From Raillietiella orientalis (Eukaryota), in assembly GCA_036172245.1 (NCBI GenBank), contig JAYWIR010000036.1:2108001-2172000 (forward strand): a DNA stretch of 64,000 nucleotides, given 5' to 3'. Positions 12,970 to 26,300 of the stretch are shown here, one piece after another (the first letter of the stretch is position 1; each line of letters starts with the position of its first letter). The position numbers and the translations under genes were made by a program. Below the pieces are notes generated by a model. It ran no database searches, had not been told where the DNA came from, and saw only the letters and a list, made by a program, of their open reading frames with translations.

Positions 12970-15900
12970 TACATGATTCAATTGTTGGAACCCATGAAAT
13001 TGTTTTCATTTTGCCCAAACAGGATAAGTTTTTTCTTTACATCAAACAGTGATCTCGGAATTTGGGGCTGCAGTTGTGTGAATACGATAAGTAATGAAGG
13101 ATTACACAAAAAATAGGGTATGCACAGAACAGCAGCAATAATTTTTATGCTGTTGTTTATCAACATCTTTTGTAACAATGTTACCAGAGGTAAACATGTT
13201 CTTGAAAACATGTGCTTCCTGTGTTCTTGCTATTGGAAATATTTTCATGTGTCAATAAAGGACCCTCACATTTGCATTCAATGAGTTTATTACTTATTGA
13301 GCCAATGTAAGGGATGTTCTAAGCACCAAAGAGTAGCCACAGTTGGGCTTAATGTTTTGGGAACCTCATTTGTGCCTTGGTCTGGTATCAAATGAATAGA
13401 ACACATGCTAGCTAATGCTAAATGGCTATTCAGAGACCTACTGAAACTTCTGACTCTCGAACTGCTTAAGCTTGGGCTTCTGGAAAATTAGCAATTAAGA
13501 TGCTTTAACATCAGCCTCCAGTTTTTCCGGTTTGTCCTTGAAGCAATGCAGTGGATGAACTACACAGTGTGCCATCTGTTTATTTGGCAGACATGCTGTT
13601 ATTGACATAAAGAAGGATAACATGAAGAAACAGTGGCGACTGACATCTTCCATTGGTCCAAGCATCGCAGTGAAGCATCGTGATGTTTGCCCAAGCAACT
13701 TGTGCAGGGTCCGCGCTGCTTCCGAATCACCCCAAGCTCCCGCGGGGCAAATTCAAAGCGTCTGCACTTCAGGATGCTTAATTCTTGGTGAGGTTCAATC
13801 TTTTCGAGCTCCCAGAAAGCCCTTTTATTTCCTTCTTGTCTAAAGACCTGCCATTCCTGCCAAATTATGCTAGCAACATCTTTTGCTCCTGTAGGGTATG
13901 ATTACTTAGCCTTATGTGTGTTCATGCTACAAGGAGCCCCAACTGGGTGTTTTTTTTCTGCATGTGTTTAACGAATTTCCTTGTAGCTGTGGTGCTACAA
14001 AAATATTTTGCGAAATATTAAGTATCTACCCGGCTAAACTGTGCAGCGAGGGCATCGGTTGTTTGGAAGCAAGTTTTCATAAGCGAGGGGCTTCTTTCTA
14101 GCTAAGGCATCGGTCATATTAGTCATGCCAGGGGCGAATTCCGTTTACTGGGTGCATTTGCTTCTATGCATCATTTCTTTCACGCTCTTCGATTTCTAGA
14201 AATCTGCAGCGGCGTTGGGACTTCCAGTTTTCAGCACCCCCCATGCTCTTCCTCCACGCATGCAGCACCGCCTAATCCAGTTTTTCCAACATTCTTGAAG
14301 TTTCCATGATCTGCTAGGAGGATATGTACATATGTACATGCATGTATTTGAAATTAAGCATCCTAAAGATGTTCTTGGAGACAAGCAGTGCACCTAAAGA
14401 AAGTTAGTTTCATTATTAAAAAAAAAAAAAAAACTGTACAATACATGATCTAGAAGGAAACGCAGATACGGAAATTACTGCTTCCAAACAAATCAAAAGA
14501 AGGAAGTCCTTTAAAGAAAATTTACCCAAAGGAAATAAAATGATCATCAATTTGACATTTTGTTTGCAGAAATTCCCCGTTTCCAATTTTTCCAAAACTT
14601 ACATACTCATTTTTGTTTGCTTTCACAGCCTCTCGTTTATCAAGTATTTGTTCTTTTTTTTTCCTGTAGTGCTGCTGTTTGTACATGGGATTATTAACGA
14701 TCCATACTCTGATAAGAATGTGCATTATCGGGGACTGTAAATGGGATATTATCTGCACCCAAGGTCATCCATCATCTACGCTACAACCGGTTTCCTGCAC
14801 TGTGTAGCTAAAGACTATGCCTTCACTAATATAAAGTATGGTCTCATTACTTGGATGTAGTCTCAATTATCTGCCCCAGAGGTAATGGAATATGCACTAA
14901 TTATCATCCCTTTCTCACTGGAGATACTTTATTTCGCTGCCTAATTACAAACCGGAGTCCCCAGAGATTATCTGAAGGGCAAAGTTCTGCCTACTACTGT
15001 ATTAATTTTTCATATGCCGGTCCGGACGCTATCACACAATTATGCACCTGTGACAAAGGTCATCCGTCTGTGAATGCCAAATGCATCTATCCACAGATTG
15101 GAACATGAATGCATCGTGTCTGTGAAACGACTACTTTCACCCTTTCTCACTGGAGTGCCTTCAGCCACTCCTAAACTCAGGGTTTGAGAATGCATTACGG
15201 GTTTCGACCTTAGATGCCAACCTACCAGAGAGTACGTTTAGAGACGAGCGAAGTTGGTAAAACTGTTTGTCCCTCCCCGGTGGCTGCTCGGTCTGCCACC
15301 TCAACGAGGACATTTGCCAGCCAATTCTGCTTAGGTTTTCCGGGGAAAGGCGGCAACCCTTTCCGTCTTGGATTCTCCCGATTTATCCCTGACATATCAA
15401 TAAGTGGTTTCTAGGCAGGAAGAGTCCACTTTTGTACCGTACGCACGGACATGTCTCCTGAAATCCTAACAGTCAGAAAAACCTTAGCCCTAATAGAGAA
15501 GTGCACGAGTGCACTTATAGTCTTACGGTCTTTGTAAGCTCAGCGTTTTCTTTCTTCCTTTTCCTTTGAACACATTCCTGTGCTGGAGCAAAGATCCTGT
15601 TACTTGATGGAATAAACAACGGCAGCCCAACATGGTACGCCAGAATGAAAACAGGTATTAACACACTGAGGCATGGCTAATCACAAACGGGCAGCTTACT
15701 ATCATGGGTTTAGCAGTGGCCAGAGCGGCACTCTGCAACCGGACTTTCGTGCTTTTACTCTTGCAAGGCGTGAAAGGTTATTTCGTTCCCGTTGTTTTGT
15801 AATTATACAGCAAAACTGTACACAAAAAGTGATCTCATTACTCACTTTCAGCTACTAATTAAATTTAATCACATGTCATTAGACTTCGGATCTGGATACG

Positions 15901-16771
15901 ATCTACATGGATGGAATCTTAGGATTCCTATCTTCATGATCAAAAAGGTAAAGCAGACATGCGTGCTTCCGATCTGCTGATGCCATGACAGTTCATTCAT
16001 TTCACAACATTTTATTGATGTCAGAAGATCCCACTGATTGGGGCCATTGGAGCATTTTTTTTTTCTTTCCCGATATATTGAAACATATTAACGTCTAATA
16101 TTTACTATTTTTTAGCAAAAATTCACCCTGACCCGTAATTGGTCAACAAAACGATTCAGGTTGCAGGCGTCGAAGTGTAGCACCCTTGACTGCTGGCTGC
16201 ACTCGCAAACCTTCGCAAAGAGCTACACGATGGACTCTCTCCGTGCAGCAGTGGTTCGGCCCCTTCCTCTCGAGCCGCACGGCATGCGACCCCGAAACCA
16301 ACAAATCCAGTCTTCCCCTAACCTCGCGACGGTCTTCAGAAGTCGACGGCTGCATTTCACAAGGCACTAAGCGAGGAAGGTAATGGAAAAGTCCAGCCAA
16401 AGTCCAGAGACCCTGGACAAGACAATAAGAGGAAAGACAGTGAAGAAGTTTGGGGCTCCGTGCTCTTCATCCATCTCCATCGATGTCCTTAGAAGCCATT
16501 GGTCTCCTCATACGCATACACCAGCGGCTTGTACCACTACCGTCTTGCTGCCATACCTTCAAGATGAGTACACGTTGCGATGTGCAATCCGCACACCAGT
16601 CGCCAATGCGGGAATGGAGGCTGCCATTTTCCACCCTGTGCTGCACCTGTGGGTTGCCAAATCCGTCTCAGCACGCAGAACCCATTAAGCCATGTCCAGA
16701 CTCTGCCCTGGGTTTTCAAAGGACGCAGGATCTCTTCTTGGTCTTTCGGGTAAAGTGAAAGTGCAGAGCAA

Positions 16772-17388
<617 letters not shown>

Positions 17389-19879
17389 TGTCCCGTAGCT
17401 AAGCAAGAAAATCCCGACGTTCGGGACTCCCTGGTCGACGCGTCCACCCTTCCTCTTCTAAGACACCGCCATCGCTCCGGTGCTCTGGGACTCCCTTTGG
17501 AACGAGGACGAACCTCCCACCCACCTGCGAGGACAGCGGTCCAATGAATGCTCGCGTTTCAAGGTCGAGACTTTTCAGCAGCTGCTCCTGGGGTGCGGCC
17601 GAGGCAACAGCGCTCATCTCAGGGATACTGCAGCTGCAAACTCCCGAGACCTGCTCAGAGGGATGTTCACCTCTTCGGATCTGCCAGGTACCTCCTCGCC
17701 GGAGGCCTTCTACAGGCACCTTCGAGCCAGTGGAGATCTTCAGAACAGCAGGACCGTCCATGACCTCGGTCCAAGGGAGCAGCTCGCGGTCCCGACGGTC
17801 TCGGAAGGAGCAACGGCTTGACTCGACTCAGGAGGTGAAATGCATGGGAGCTTCGGGGCAACTGCGGGCGAACAATCTACGCAGCGGTGTACCCCACCTC
17901 TGGTCGCAACGTCCTCACTGAGGTGCATACGGGTGGCAGGGGTAGAGCCACCACGGCGGACCGACAGTCTCCGTTCGGCTTCAACCGGAGGTGAGTGCTG
18001 AACACCACGAGAGTCAACTTATGCTCTCGCCTGGTCGTCCTCCTCACAGGGACGCGTAGAGGGCGCTGAGCCCAACCTTTGAGTCACGAGATGGGGAGCC
18101 CATGCTCTCTCAAGGTGGGAGCAAGACTCGGGCGTACCAGGAGCCACCGGAAGGAGGCCCCTCCGGTGCTTCTTCGAGGTCGACAGAGGCCGCCTTCTCC
18201 TCCAAGTTCCCTTCGGCGACTGCCGCCAATGCGCGCTAAACGAGTGCACTCCAACGGAAGACGAAGACCTAGACCAGGGGTGGCTCCTCCTCCTCCTCCC
18301 AGTTTGAGTGCTTGCCGAACACGATGGGGACCTTCCGAGGAGAGCCCCGCGGGGCACAGAGAGGCTCAGCCTCTCACTTGACGACCTGGCTGGTATCACC
18401 TCGGTGCAGGGTCGCCGCTTGACCAACCGCCAGAGCAAGGGATCAAGGGCAAACAGGGTAAGCTCACGGGCGCAAGTCGCCGGTACCAGCCTGCGGCGAA
18501 TCGTGTCATCGCGACACCAACGGACACATCTTCGGGGGCATCGCGAGCAACCGAGGAAGCGGACGAGGACGCCGCTCTCCCTGAAGGGGACAGTGGCAGC
18601 CGACGACCGGCAGGGTGCGTTGCGAGCTGCGAATCAGTGGGAACGCGGAAACTTCTTGGCGGGAGGTCAGGGCGCCATCAACTGCTGACGCCGCGATCCC
18701 AGATCGCGCCAGAGAGGACAACGACGAAGAGAAGGACTCCTTGCAATCCCCTGGAATAAGGCTCCCCGTCTTCATCCACGTACAGCAACAGACACCTCAC
18801 CTGTCCACTCCCCGTTCCCATCCACATCCAGCATCCCCGCCCGCACTCCCTTCCACCTCCTCCGCATGCAACGCCTGCCTCCCTTGCCCCGGCGCCCCCG
18901 AACGTTCACCTTCTCGGGAAGCCCGTCGCGCCGCCCCGAGCCCACCTCTCCGACCGGAAGGAGACCGCGGCGGCGGGCACTTCCGATCGGCGCTTCCGCT
19001 TCCCGGGCGCCCTCGGCTGGGCGGCGAAGTCGCCAAGGGGCCCTCCGTCAAGCCCCGAGGGCGGCTGTCCACCGGGGGGTGACCGCCCCCGGCAGAAAAT
19101 GGCTCGGCTGCCCCCGACGCGGTTCGAAACGGAGCAGATGCCTCACCCAGTCCGACTCTACAGCGGCGCGCGCCACCGGGTATCGCCAGCGGGTCCACGG
19201 TGCGTGGACCGACTCCGCGCCGATCGGTCCCGTCCGCGCGACGCGCGTCTCCAGGAAGACCGAGGTGCGGTCTGCTTGGAGACTCAGTGCCACGAGAGCG
19301 GAGCACGCACGACTGCTCGCCACCGCCATCCCCCTGGGCCGCAGCAGAGCGAGGCCCATGGGGATGAGATGGCCATAGAAACGCAGCCCTCGAGGGCGCG
19401 GCCGACGCCGAGGCTCTTGCGGAAGAACCACCCTGTCCCTGCATCCTCGCTCTCATGAAAGTGCCGCTGGGGATGCCGCTGGCGAGCGACCGGGACGAGG
19501 AGCGCAGAGGACGGACAGCAAGGGGTCACCCTCCAGCCCCGGCGAGTGGGTCCTCCACGGTTGCTCCCCCTTTCCTTCGGGACTGGTGTCGACCGAGGGC
19601 CTCCTCTGTGGCAGCTGCGTGCGGCCTTTCGACGAATGGAGGTGCCGAAGGGGATCGTGGATGCAGTGCTCCTCGCGGCCCGCTCCGTGTGGGGGAGGGA
19701 AGGTCACGACCGGCCTCCCTGTCCGGGAGCGAATTCGCTCGGGAACCCCGCTGCCCCGGCTACACAGCGCGAGAACTCGCGGAGGGTCCTTCCGCCCGGG
19801 AATCCCCGAGGGAAGGAAAGGGGAGCGCCCGAGGAGTCCCGTGACCCTGGCGACGGGAGGCGTCGGAAGTTTAATGCCG

Positions 19880-20493
19880 GCGGGGTAGTGCAGGGTCGAG
19901 GGCCGCGAGGAAAGGGGGGAGCCGTGGGCTGTTTCGGCTGCAGGGCGACGAAGGATCGTCTGAGGCGCTGTTTCGCGCCTCCCTCGGGCCGTTCCCACTC
20001 TCCTTTTGGGCGGAAGCGCCTTTCTTCCTTCCGCAACGTGTCCCGATATCCAGGTCCGCTCTTCTTCTTGGGGCTCTGCGACTCCGTTGTCTTCCTTGAG
20101 GTCCGCTCGCGCCCCGGCCGAGTCCTGGGGGGAAGTGTCGGGTAGAGGGAGACAGTCGGGACGGCTGGTGGAAGAGGCGAGGACCTGCCGCCGGTCACGG
20201 AGGAGGGGAGGGGGAGGAGGGTTGGTGCCGAGCGTGCCCTCGCAGCGTCGCGAACTCCGCTGGAGTTCCACTTGGCAGGCCGCAGACGGCGCAGGGAGGC
20301 GCCGTCACTTTCCAAGGGGCCGGAGGAGGGAGCTATCCTTGGCCCGGTTTCTCTCCCAGAGTAAAGACACTCCGGAGCTCGAAGCATGCGGGGTAGTGCA
20401 TGGTCGAGGGCCGCGAGGAAAGGGGGGACCCGTGGGCTGTTTCGGCTGCAGGGCCACGAAGGATCTTTTGAGGCGCTATTTCGCGCCTCCCTC
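19880..20493 (+). repeat. Direct repeat pair of ~106 bp (19880-19985 and 20388-20493)
   Basis: GCGGGGTAGTGCA.GGTCGAGGGCCGCGAGGAAAGGGGGGA.CCGTGGGCTGTTTCGGCTGCAGGGC.ACGAAGGATC...TGAGGCGCT.TTTCGCGCCTCCCTC occurs twice, ~508 bp apart. Confidence 0.92.
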
Positions 20494-22436
20494 AGGGCGA
20501 CTCTTCCCGTCCTCGTTTGCTGCGTCTCTGTGGAGCGGTAGGAGGGGTCACCCCCCCTTGCCTCCCGGCTACGTTCGTTCCTGCGCGCGGGCCGCTTGCT
20601 CGGGGAAGCGCCTCGCCGCCTCCAAGAAGATGGGGTGTTGGGGTGGGCATTGGTGGCTTTACCGCAGGCGCCCGCGGCCGGGAGGAGAAGCGCCTCCGAA
20701 AGAGAGGTCGAAAGTTCGAACGTTACCCCTGCAGTCAGATCCTGTGGATCCATCCACAGGTGCCCACACCGGCATGCCGGCGCGGTGCCATCAAGTCTCG
20801 GTTGGATCTGGGACCTTGCGGACCCCCACAGAGGCTTCACGCAGCAGGAGCTGCTCCCAGATCTGGGTGGGATATTGTGGGGAGGGGGAGCGGACGAGTA
20901 AGGGGCGGAAGGAGTGGTAGCAAAGATGCTGTAAGTGGCGGCCCCCTCCATCGAGACGGAGTATGCCATCGAGGAAAGGGCCAAGGGCCACTCGCGCCTC
21001 TCGAAGGTGGTCGGACACCTCTGAGGAGGCACAGAAACCGCCTCACGCAACGCTGAGGTACCTTGCCCGTAGGGGATCCCCAACCGGAACCCGCCGGAGT
21101 GCCCCCTCCCACGGGATCGCGAGCCGGCCGGGATGCGACCCCGGCCTCGCCCTGATCCCCCAGGGACTGCTCGAAGCAACTTCCCGCGGGAAGGTCACAC
21201 GCATATCCCGCGGGAGCGCCTCCACCGCGCGCAAGGCTGGCGTTCCCACGCGAACGCGGCGGGGGAAGGCGCGGCTCCCCGCCGCGTTGCCAGGGAGACC
21301 CTTCGTTCGTCGGAGGGTGGGCCGTGCGAACGTGGCTTGCTACTGGGCGCATTCCCGCCGGGTGTCGCGGCTCGGGAATCCCCGGTGGTGGGAGGGGGTT
21401 TACGGAGTCATCTCGTCTCCTGTTTCCAAAAAAAAGTCATTTTCAAGGACACTTTTCTGGAGCCTGCAAGGGGTGCTCCTTCTCTACCCATTTTCCTGCG
21501 CGGTTCGCTGGGTACTCTCGGGTTGCCTGGGGAACGTCTCTTTCGTGTGCCCGGGCTGTCCGCTTCTCGAGCGCTTGATAGCGGGTCGCTCCTCCTTTAG
21601 GGTGCCCCTCCCTGCCCACATGTCCTCAGCCACCTGGTGATCCCTCGGTGAGTGGAGTCTCTTGCAGAATCGGAAGCACAGGCGAAGAAAGGTGGCACGC
21701 TCGTGGCGGGATGCCAAGTCCCTCTGCTTTCGTTCGAGTCCAGGAGATGTCTCTGCCGTCAGGCGGTCTGCCAGGCGAGGTCCCCTCAGAGAAAAAGGAG
21801 GAAGGGGACAAAAAATAAGATAAGACAAAATATAAGGAAAATTTGAAAAGACTGGGTGTCCTTTCGAGCACAGGGGTGAGATCAAGGGGAGGGATCACAG
21901 AGTCGATCCGCTGGCGTGTTCCTCTTTGTAGCTCGACAAATGGTCCATTTATCGGGGGTCCTGACAAACGTGAGCTTCGAACCAAGACCACGGTAGGCGG
22001 CAGGCGACTCTTGCCCTGGAATGGGGAGGGTCTTCCTCTGGGAGCCCGAGAGTCGCGAAGAGACGTTCCCGAACACTCCGGGAGAGCTGATGCGAGAAAA
22101 GACCGGCGCGACTTCACCGCGTCTGTGGAGGCGTGTGGCTGCCATGGGGCATTCCCCATGGCAGCCCCCCCCCCCAGGCTTCCCTACCACCCCGTACATG
22201 CTATTTATCACACAACGAATCACAGAAAGCTGAATGGAATTTGTACGCGCGCCTTATGTAACGGATAAATATCGCATAAACTGAAACTTGAGAAAGCGTT
22301 GATAAATGAGAGCGCACCTCGCAGCGCGGGTTCGCACAAGGCGACGGCGGTGCTCGTATGGCGCGGCTCTGTGAGGTTGAACGTTCCGGCTAAGAGGCAG
22401 CCCTCGGGACGAACACGAACACGAACAAGGGAGCAG

Positions 22437-23084
22437 GTTGAATTCCACCAGTGCATGCAGACTGGCCTCGTGGGTGAACGGAGCAAGTAGGTCCGTTTTC
22501 CAACAACGAGAAAAAAGAAAAAGCAGCTTGATTCTAAGGCGGCTGAGTATTTTTGAGGAATTTCTCCAACAGACCCCTTGTGTGGAACCATGGTTTCCCC
22601 TGAGGGCACTGTTGGCTAGAGTCGACATATTGTGCGGCCCTTTTGTAGGGAAGAGATTTTGGCAGAAGCAGAAACGGAACTCAACAGACTAGACGCCGTA
22701 AGAGACCCTTCTGAAGTGGACAAGCTGCTCGACGCCTTCCTTTGGAAAGCAGAGGGCGCGCCTGTGCCACAGTCTGCCCTGGTGGCCCTGTTCCACATCG
22801 TATTGGCTTCGATGTGTGAGCTGAGGCACCTAGAGGCAGTTCGGAAACAAGCCGACGAAACATCTTCGGCCGGTGGTATGGATGAGGACGGTACACTTCC
22901 CACTACCATCGAAGACAAACCTACTCTGGCTGTACCTACCGAGAGGACGAGTGAGGTAGCTCAGCTCGACTCCTCAGACAAAACACTTAAGATCCTGAAG
23001 AAAGGCTTAAATTCAAAAAAGGTGACGTTCGCTGGCGATATCGTCAGTGCAAAAAATACCCCATCATACCCCATCATGCTCTAG
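22437..23084 (+). CDS. Candidate last two exons of an orphan gene (~22437-22486, 22649-23084)
   Basis: Donor AA|GTAGGT and acceptor TTTTGTAG|G join in phase to give ...CMQTGLVGERSK|EEILAEAETELNRLDAVRDPSEVDKLLDAFLWK...ALVALFHIVLASMCELRHLE...KKVTFAGD...*. The composition is helical and protein-like, unlike neighbouring GC-rich ORFs. Confidence 0.45.
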
Positions 23085-23318
23085 GAACGAGAAGGACGGG
23101 AACAACAGGCAGATAGAGAGTGGTAGAGTCGAAACTGCAGGATTGCTCGGACTCATTGGTTGCCAACAAAACTCGAAAGGCACCTTTCTTTTTTTGGCTG
23201 TTTTGCTCCAATGCAAACAATAAACAAAACAGTTTCACTTTTTGCTTTTTTGTTTGAAAGTGAAATCATTCGATAACGTTTAAGATACATATCTTTTATA
23301 AACACCGCCATATTATCC

Positions 23319-23371
23319 ATGTGCGGGCTTCGTATAAAGCGGACGATCCGCGTTATACGAAGCCCGTACAT
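23319..23371. repeat. Near-perfect 25-bp inverted repeat (hairpin)
   Basis: ATGTGCGGGCTTCGTATAAAGCGGA-CGA-TCCGCGTTATACGAAGCCCGTACAT; 2 mismatches, one a G-U wobble. Confidence 0.9.
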
Positions 23372-26300
23372 TGTAAGCATGCCAAATATGTCAGCATATT
23401 AATATATTTGCGTGTGGCGATTATCTTCCGCTCTCCCCTCTATCCGCCGCGCACATCCACAAGCACCTTCCATTAGAAATGGACATCACGAGGGCGATGC
23501 TCCGGTGTCATTCACGGGCAGAACCGCATCCACCAAGCACGGGAAGTGGTATCCTCCTCCGCCTACCAGGGTTGGCCAGTTTGAGAAAAGGGGCCTGAGG
23601 TCAGAAGACACTGCCCTTTCAGAGGTTCCGCTCATTAGCCATCCCCGGAACCACTTCGGAGCCAGTGTTCCGTGAACTGGCGCCTACTTTTCGCCCCACA
23701 AATTACCCTCTCATCCGCGATCTGCCCCGCTCCCGCAGGCAGTTGCTTCGCGCCCGGACCAACAACGAATTCTCCTTCGTTCGCCACGTCCGCTCCCTTC
23801 CGCGATGACTTCGTCTTTCGCGAGGGAGATGGACCGAACGCTCGAACGACAGAACGAGATTTCAAGGTCTTCGGAAAGAGAGCCGCTCGCGAAAGAGCGC
23901 CAACCGAGAAGGAAAAGCTGACGTGAATTTTAAAAAAGCTTTTCACGCTTGGAGATGCAGCTCCACGCATCTCGCTTGAAAGCACCGGAAGTCGTGCGCT
24001 CTCTTTCCCATGAAGTACTAGGTCGGTAGGTGCCCCTCGAAAGATCCGCGCCAGCGATGCCATCTAGCGTCGAGCGGTGTCACCATCGTTGACTACGTCT
24101 CCCGATGGCCAAGAGGGCTTTTCGTCGAGTTCTCAGCAGCCCGACCCGGACGTATCTCCGTAGGTCGCCCGAGCTGTCGCCGAAGGTGTTGTTGGTCTTC
24201 CACCTTTTGCTGAAGAAGCGATCCGTGAAGCGATCGCAGCCGGCCTTGACGTAGTTGAACGCTCCCCGAGGAAGCCCTGCAGTCCCGGAGGCTCACGTGC
24301 GTTGAACGCAAAACCGAAAGCGATCCGTTGGCGCTCCCTTGACGCGGGAAAGCACCGACGTGCTTGCCTCGCGCCTGCGCGCAGTGCGTGAGCGCGGTGA
24401 AGTCACTGAGTGACACGGCAAGGGCGGCAATTCGTTCTGCTAGCCGCAGCTGCAATCAGTTTCTAGGATCTCCCCCTTCCCAGTCTTCGAGAATTTTCTC
24501 TTCGGCTGCAGGGAGGTCCGGCGGCTCTAACTGCGGTGCCGTGCTCCTGGCAGCATCTCTGCCGCATCTTTTGGTTGCGGCCCGAGAGGTAGGTCGCTGA
24601 GGAAGCAGCTCGCTACTCCAATGATGCTTCTCCCTGTCTTTCCATCTTTCCTTCTTTTTTTTCATATTTCTTTTACTTATACCAACCAATGGCAACTGTC
24701 CGTGTTCACAAAATCCGCTGCCGACGGACCACTTCTGTTGAGTACGAATATCTCCACTCAGCGTGCGTTCGGGAACAGTCCGAACGCACGCTGGGCTTCG
24801 CGACGCGCATGCGCGTTGTGGTTCTGGAAGGTCCCTTCCCATGTTCTGCAACTTTGGCGACCTCCGCAGCTCACGCGTGGCAGAGCATCGCTACCGGCAG
24901 CGACGACGCAACAAGCAGGCCTGGAGAGGTGAGTCCCCTAGCAGTTCCCGGGAGGCACCGTCGGGAAGCCGCCGCGCCCTTGTGAGAGCATTCCTTGGGT
25001 ATCCTCCTCCGCTGAGGCTTGGTCCAGGGAGGCCCCAGCGCACCTAGGAGAGAGGGTGGTTGCGCCTCTCTGCCGTCTCGGAGATCACCACTGCTCGCAC
25101 GCGGCAGGCAGAGGAGTTCCAAGGAGGAGGAAGATGCAACTGGCAACCCTGCAGGCGTCAGGGTTGCCAGTTGCTTGGGCACGGCCGGCGGCGTAACCCC
25201 AGTTTATGACCCCAGGCAGCGAGGGGTCCGCCCACGGCGATCCCAGGTAGGACGGCCCGCGCCCACCTCTGTGCCAATTGCTATGCACGATCTTGGACGT
25301 CTGCATCGACCTGGACGCCGGCACTCCTTCGGGTGACATTGAAGGGCGTCTCGAGTGCGGTCCCCGGGGTCCGCGCTAACAACTGCTGCAGCCCTCTTTC
25401 GGGACGAACGTCGCTGGAGCCCTGGAGTGCCCAGCAATTTTCCCATCCGCCACCACGAGCCACCCCTTGCGTTCGGGAAGGGCTGCTCCCTACGGGCTTA
25501 TCAGCCGCGCGTTTGGCGGACGGCGGGGGTTGGGGAGGGGAGGGAGGGTGCGAGCAGCGCTGCGGTGCGATCGCTTGACCACTCAACGAAAGCAAACGGG
25601 CAGTGGAAGGACCAGCGCGCGTCTTGCGCGTGGCCCCTCCGGCCTCTGCACGCGAAGAGTATGCCGCTGGCGACGACGGCTGCCTGATAGCGAGTCCTCC
25701 TCTGTCCCCGGTATCTTGCCCGCCTGCCTCGACTCCTCCCGGTAGGCCTGACATCCTTACGAGTGCTCCTCCCATAATGCGCGACACCAGAACAAAAACC
25801 GTTTGCTTCCGCTTCCGCCTAAGTTACAAGTGGAGTCAACAGACAGATTGGAAGACATGGGGGCAGGAGGAAGAGCGGGCAAGGAAACGCTCACGCACGC
25901 AAAAAGTGAGCAAAGCACTGTTTGTCGGGGACGCAGACCGCCCCAGTGAGAGATCGTGAGCGATGCCTGCTGTTTCCACATCCCTCTCATCCGTCCCTGG
26001 GAAGTTGAAAGATGCACGTGTAGGACCACCACGGGGATGCGTTTCGTTCCTCAAGCATCCTGTCGTACGCACGGACCATGGAGGAGGAGCCCTGAGCTAG
26101 CCAAAGTAGACGAGACATTTCGTTCAGGACGGGGATCGCCCTCACCTTGACAGATGGAAAGCGTTTCACAGTGTTCCCCATCCTCACACTGGCACCGAAT
26201 CGCAGTATACTAGTCGGCGTCCCGAGTGCGCATGGGAATGCACGTGCATGGAGGTCGAGATATGGTACCTAAGACTAGTCGGACCGAATGGTGGCGAAAA

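Noticed and set aside
19704..21179. Long ORFs in GC blocks (491 aa here; also 38834-40057 and 51879-53084)
   Set aside because: R/P/G/S/A-rich, overlapping in all frames and without domains; expected from stop-codon scarcity at high GC.
21630..21720. Gag-knuckle-like RLCFRFCKRLH on the minus strand
   Set aside because: Incomplete CCHC; no pol or LTR nearby.
23328..23362. loxP-like arms CTTCGTATA/TATACGAAG
   Set aside because: The spacer is 17 nt rather than 8, the outer ATAA/TTAT is missing, and no recombinase gene was seen.
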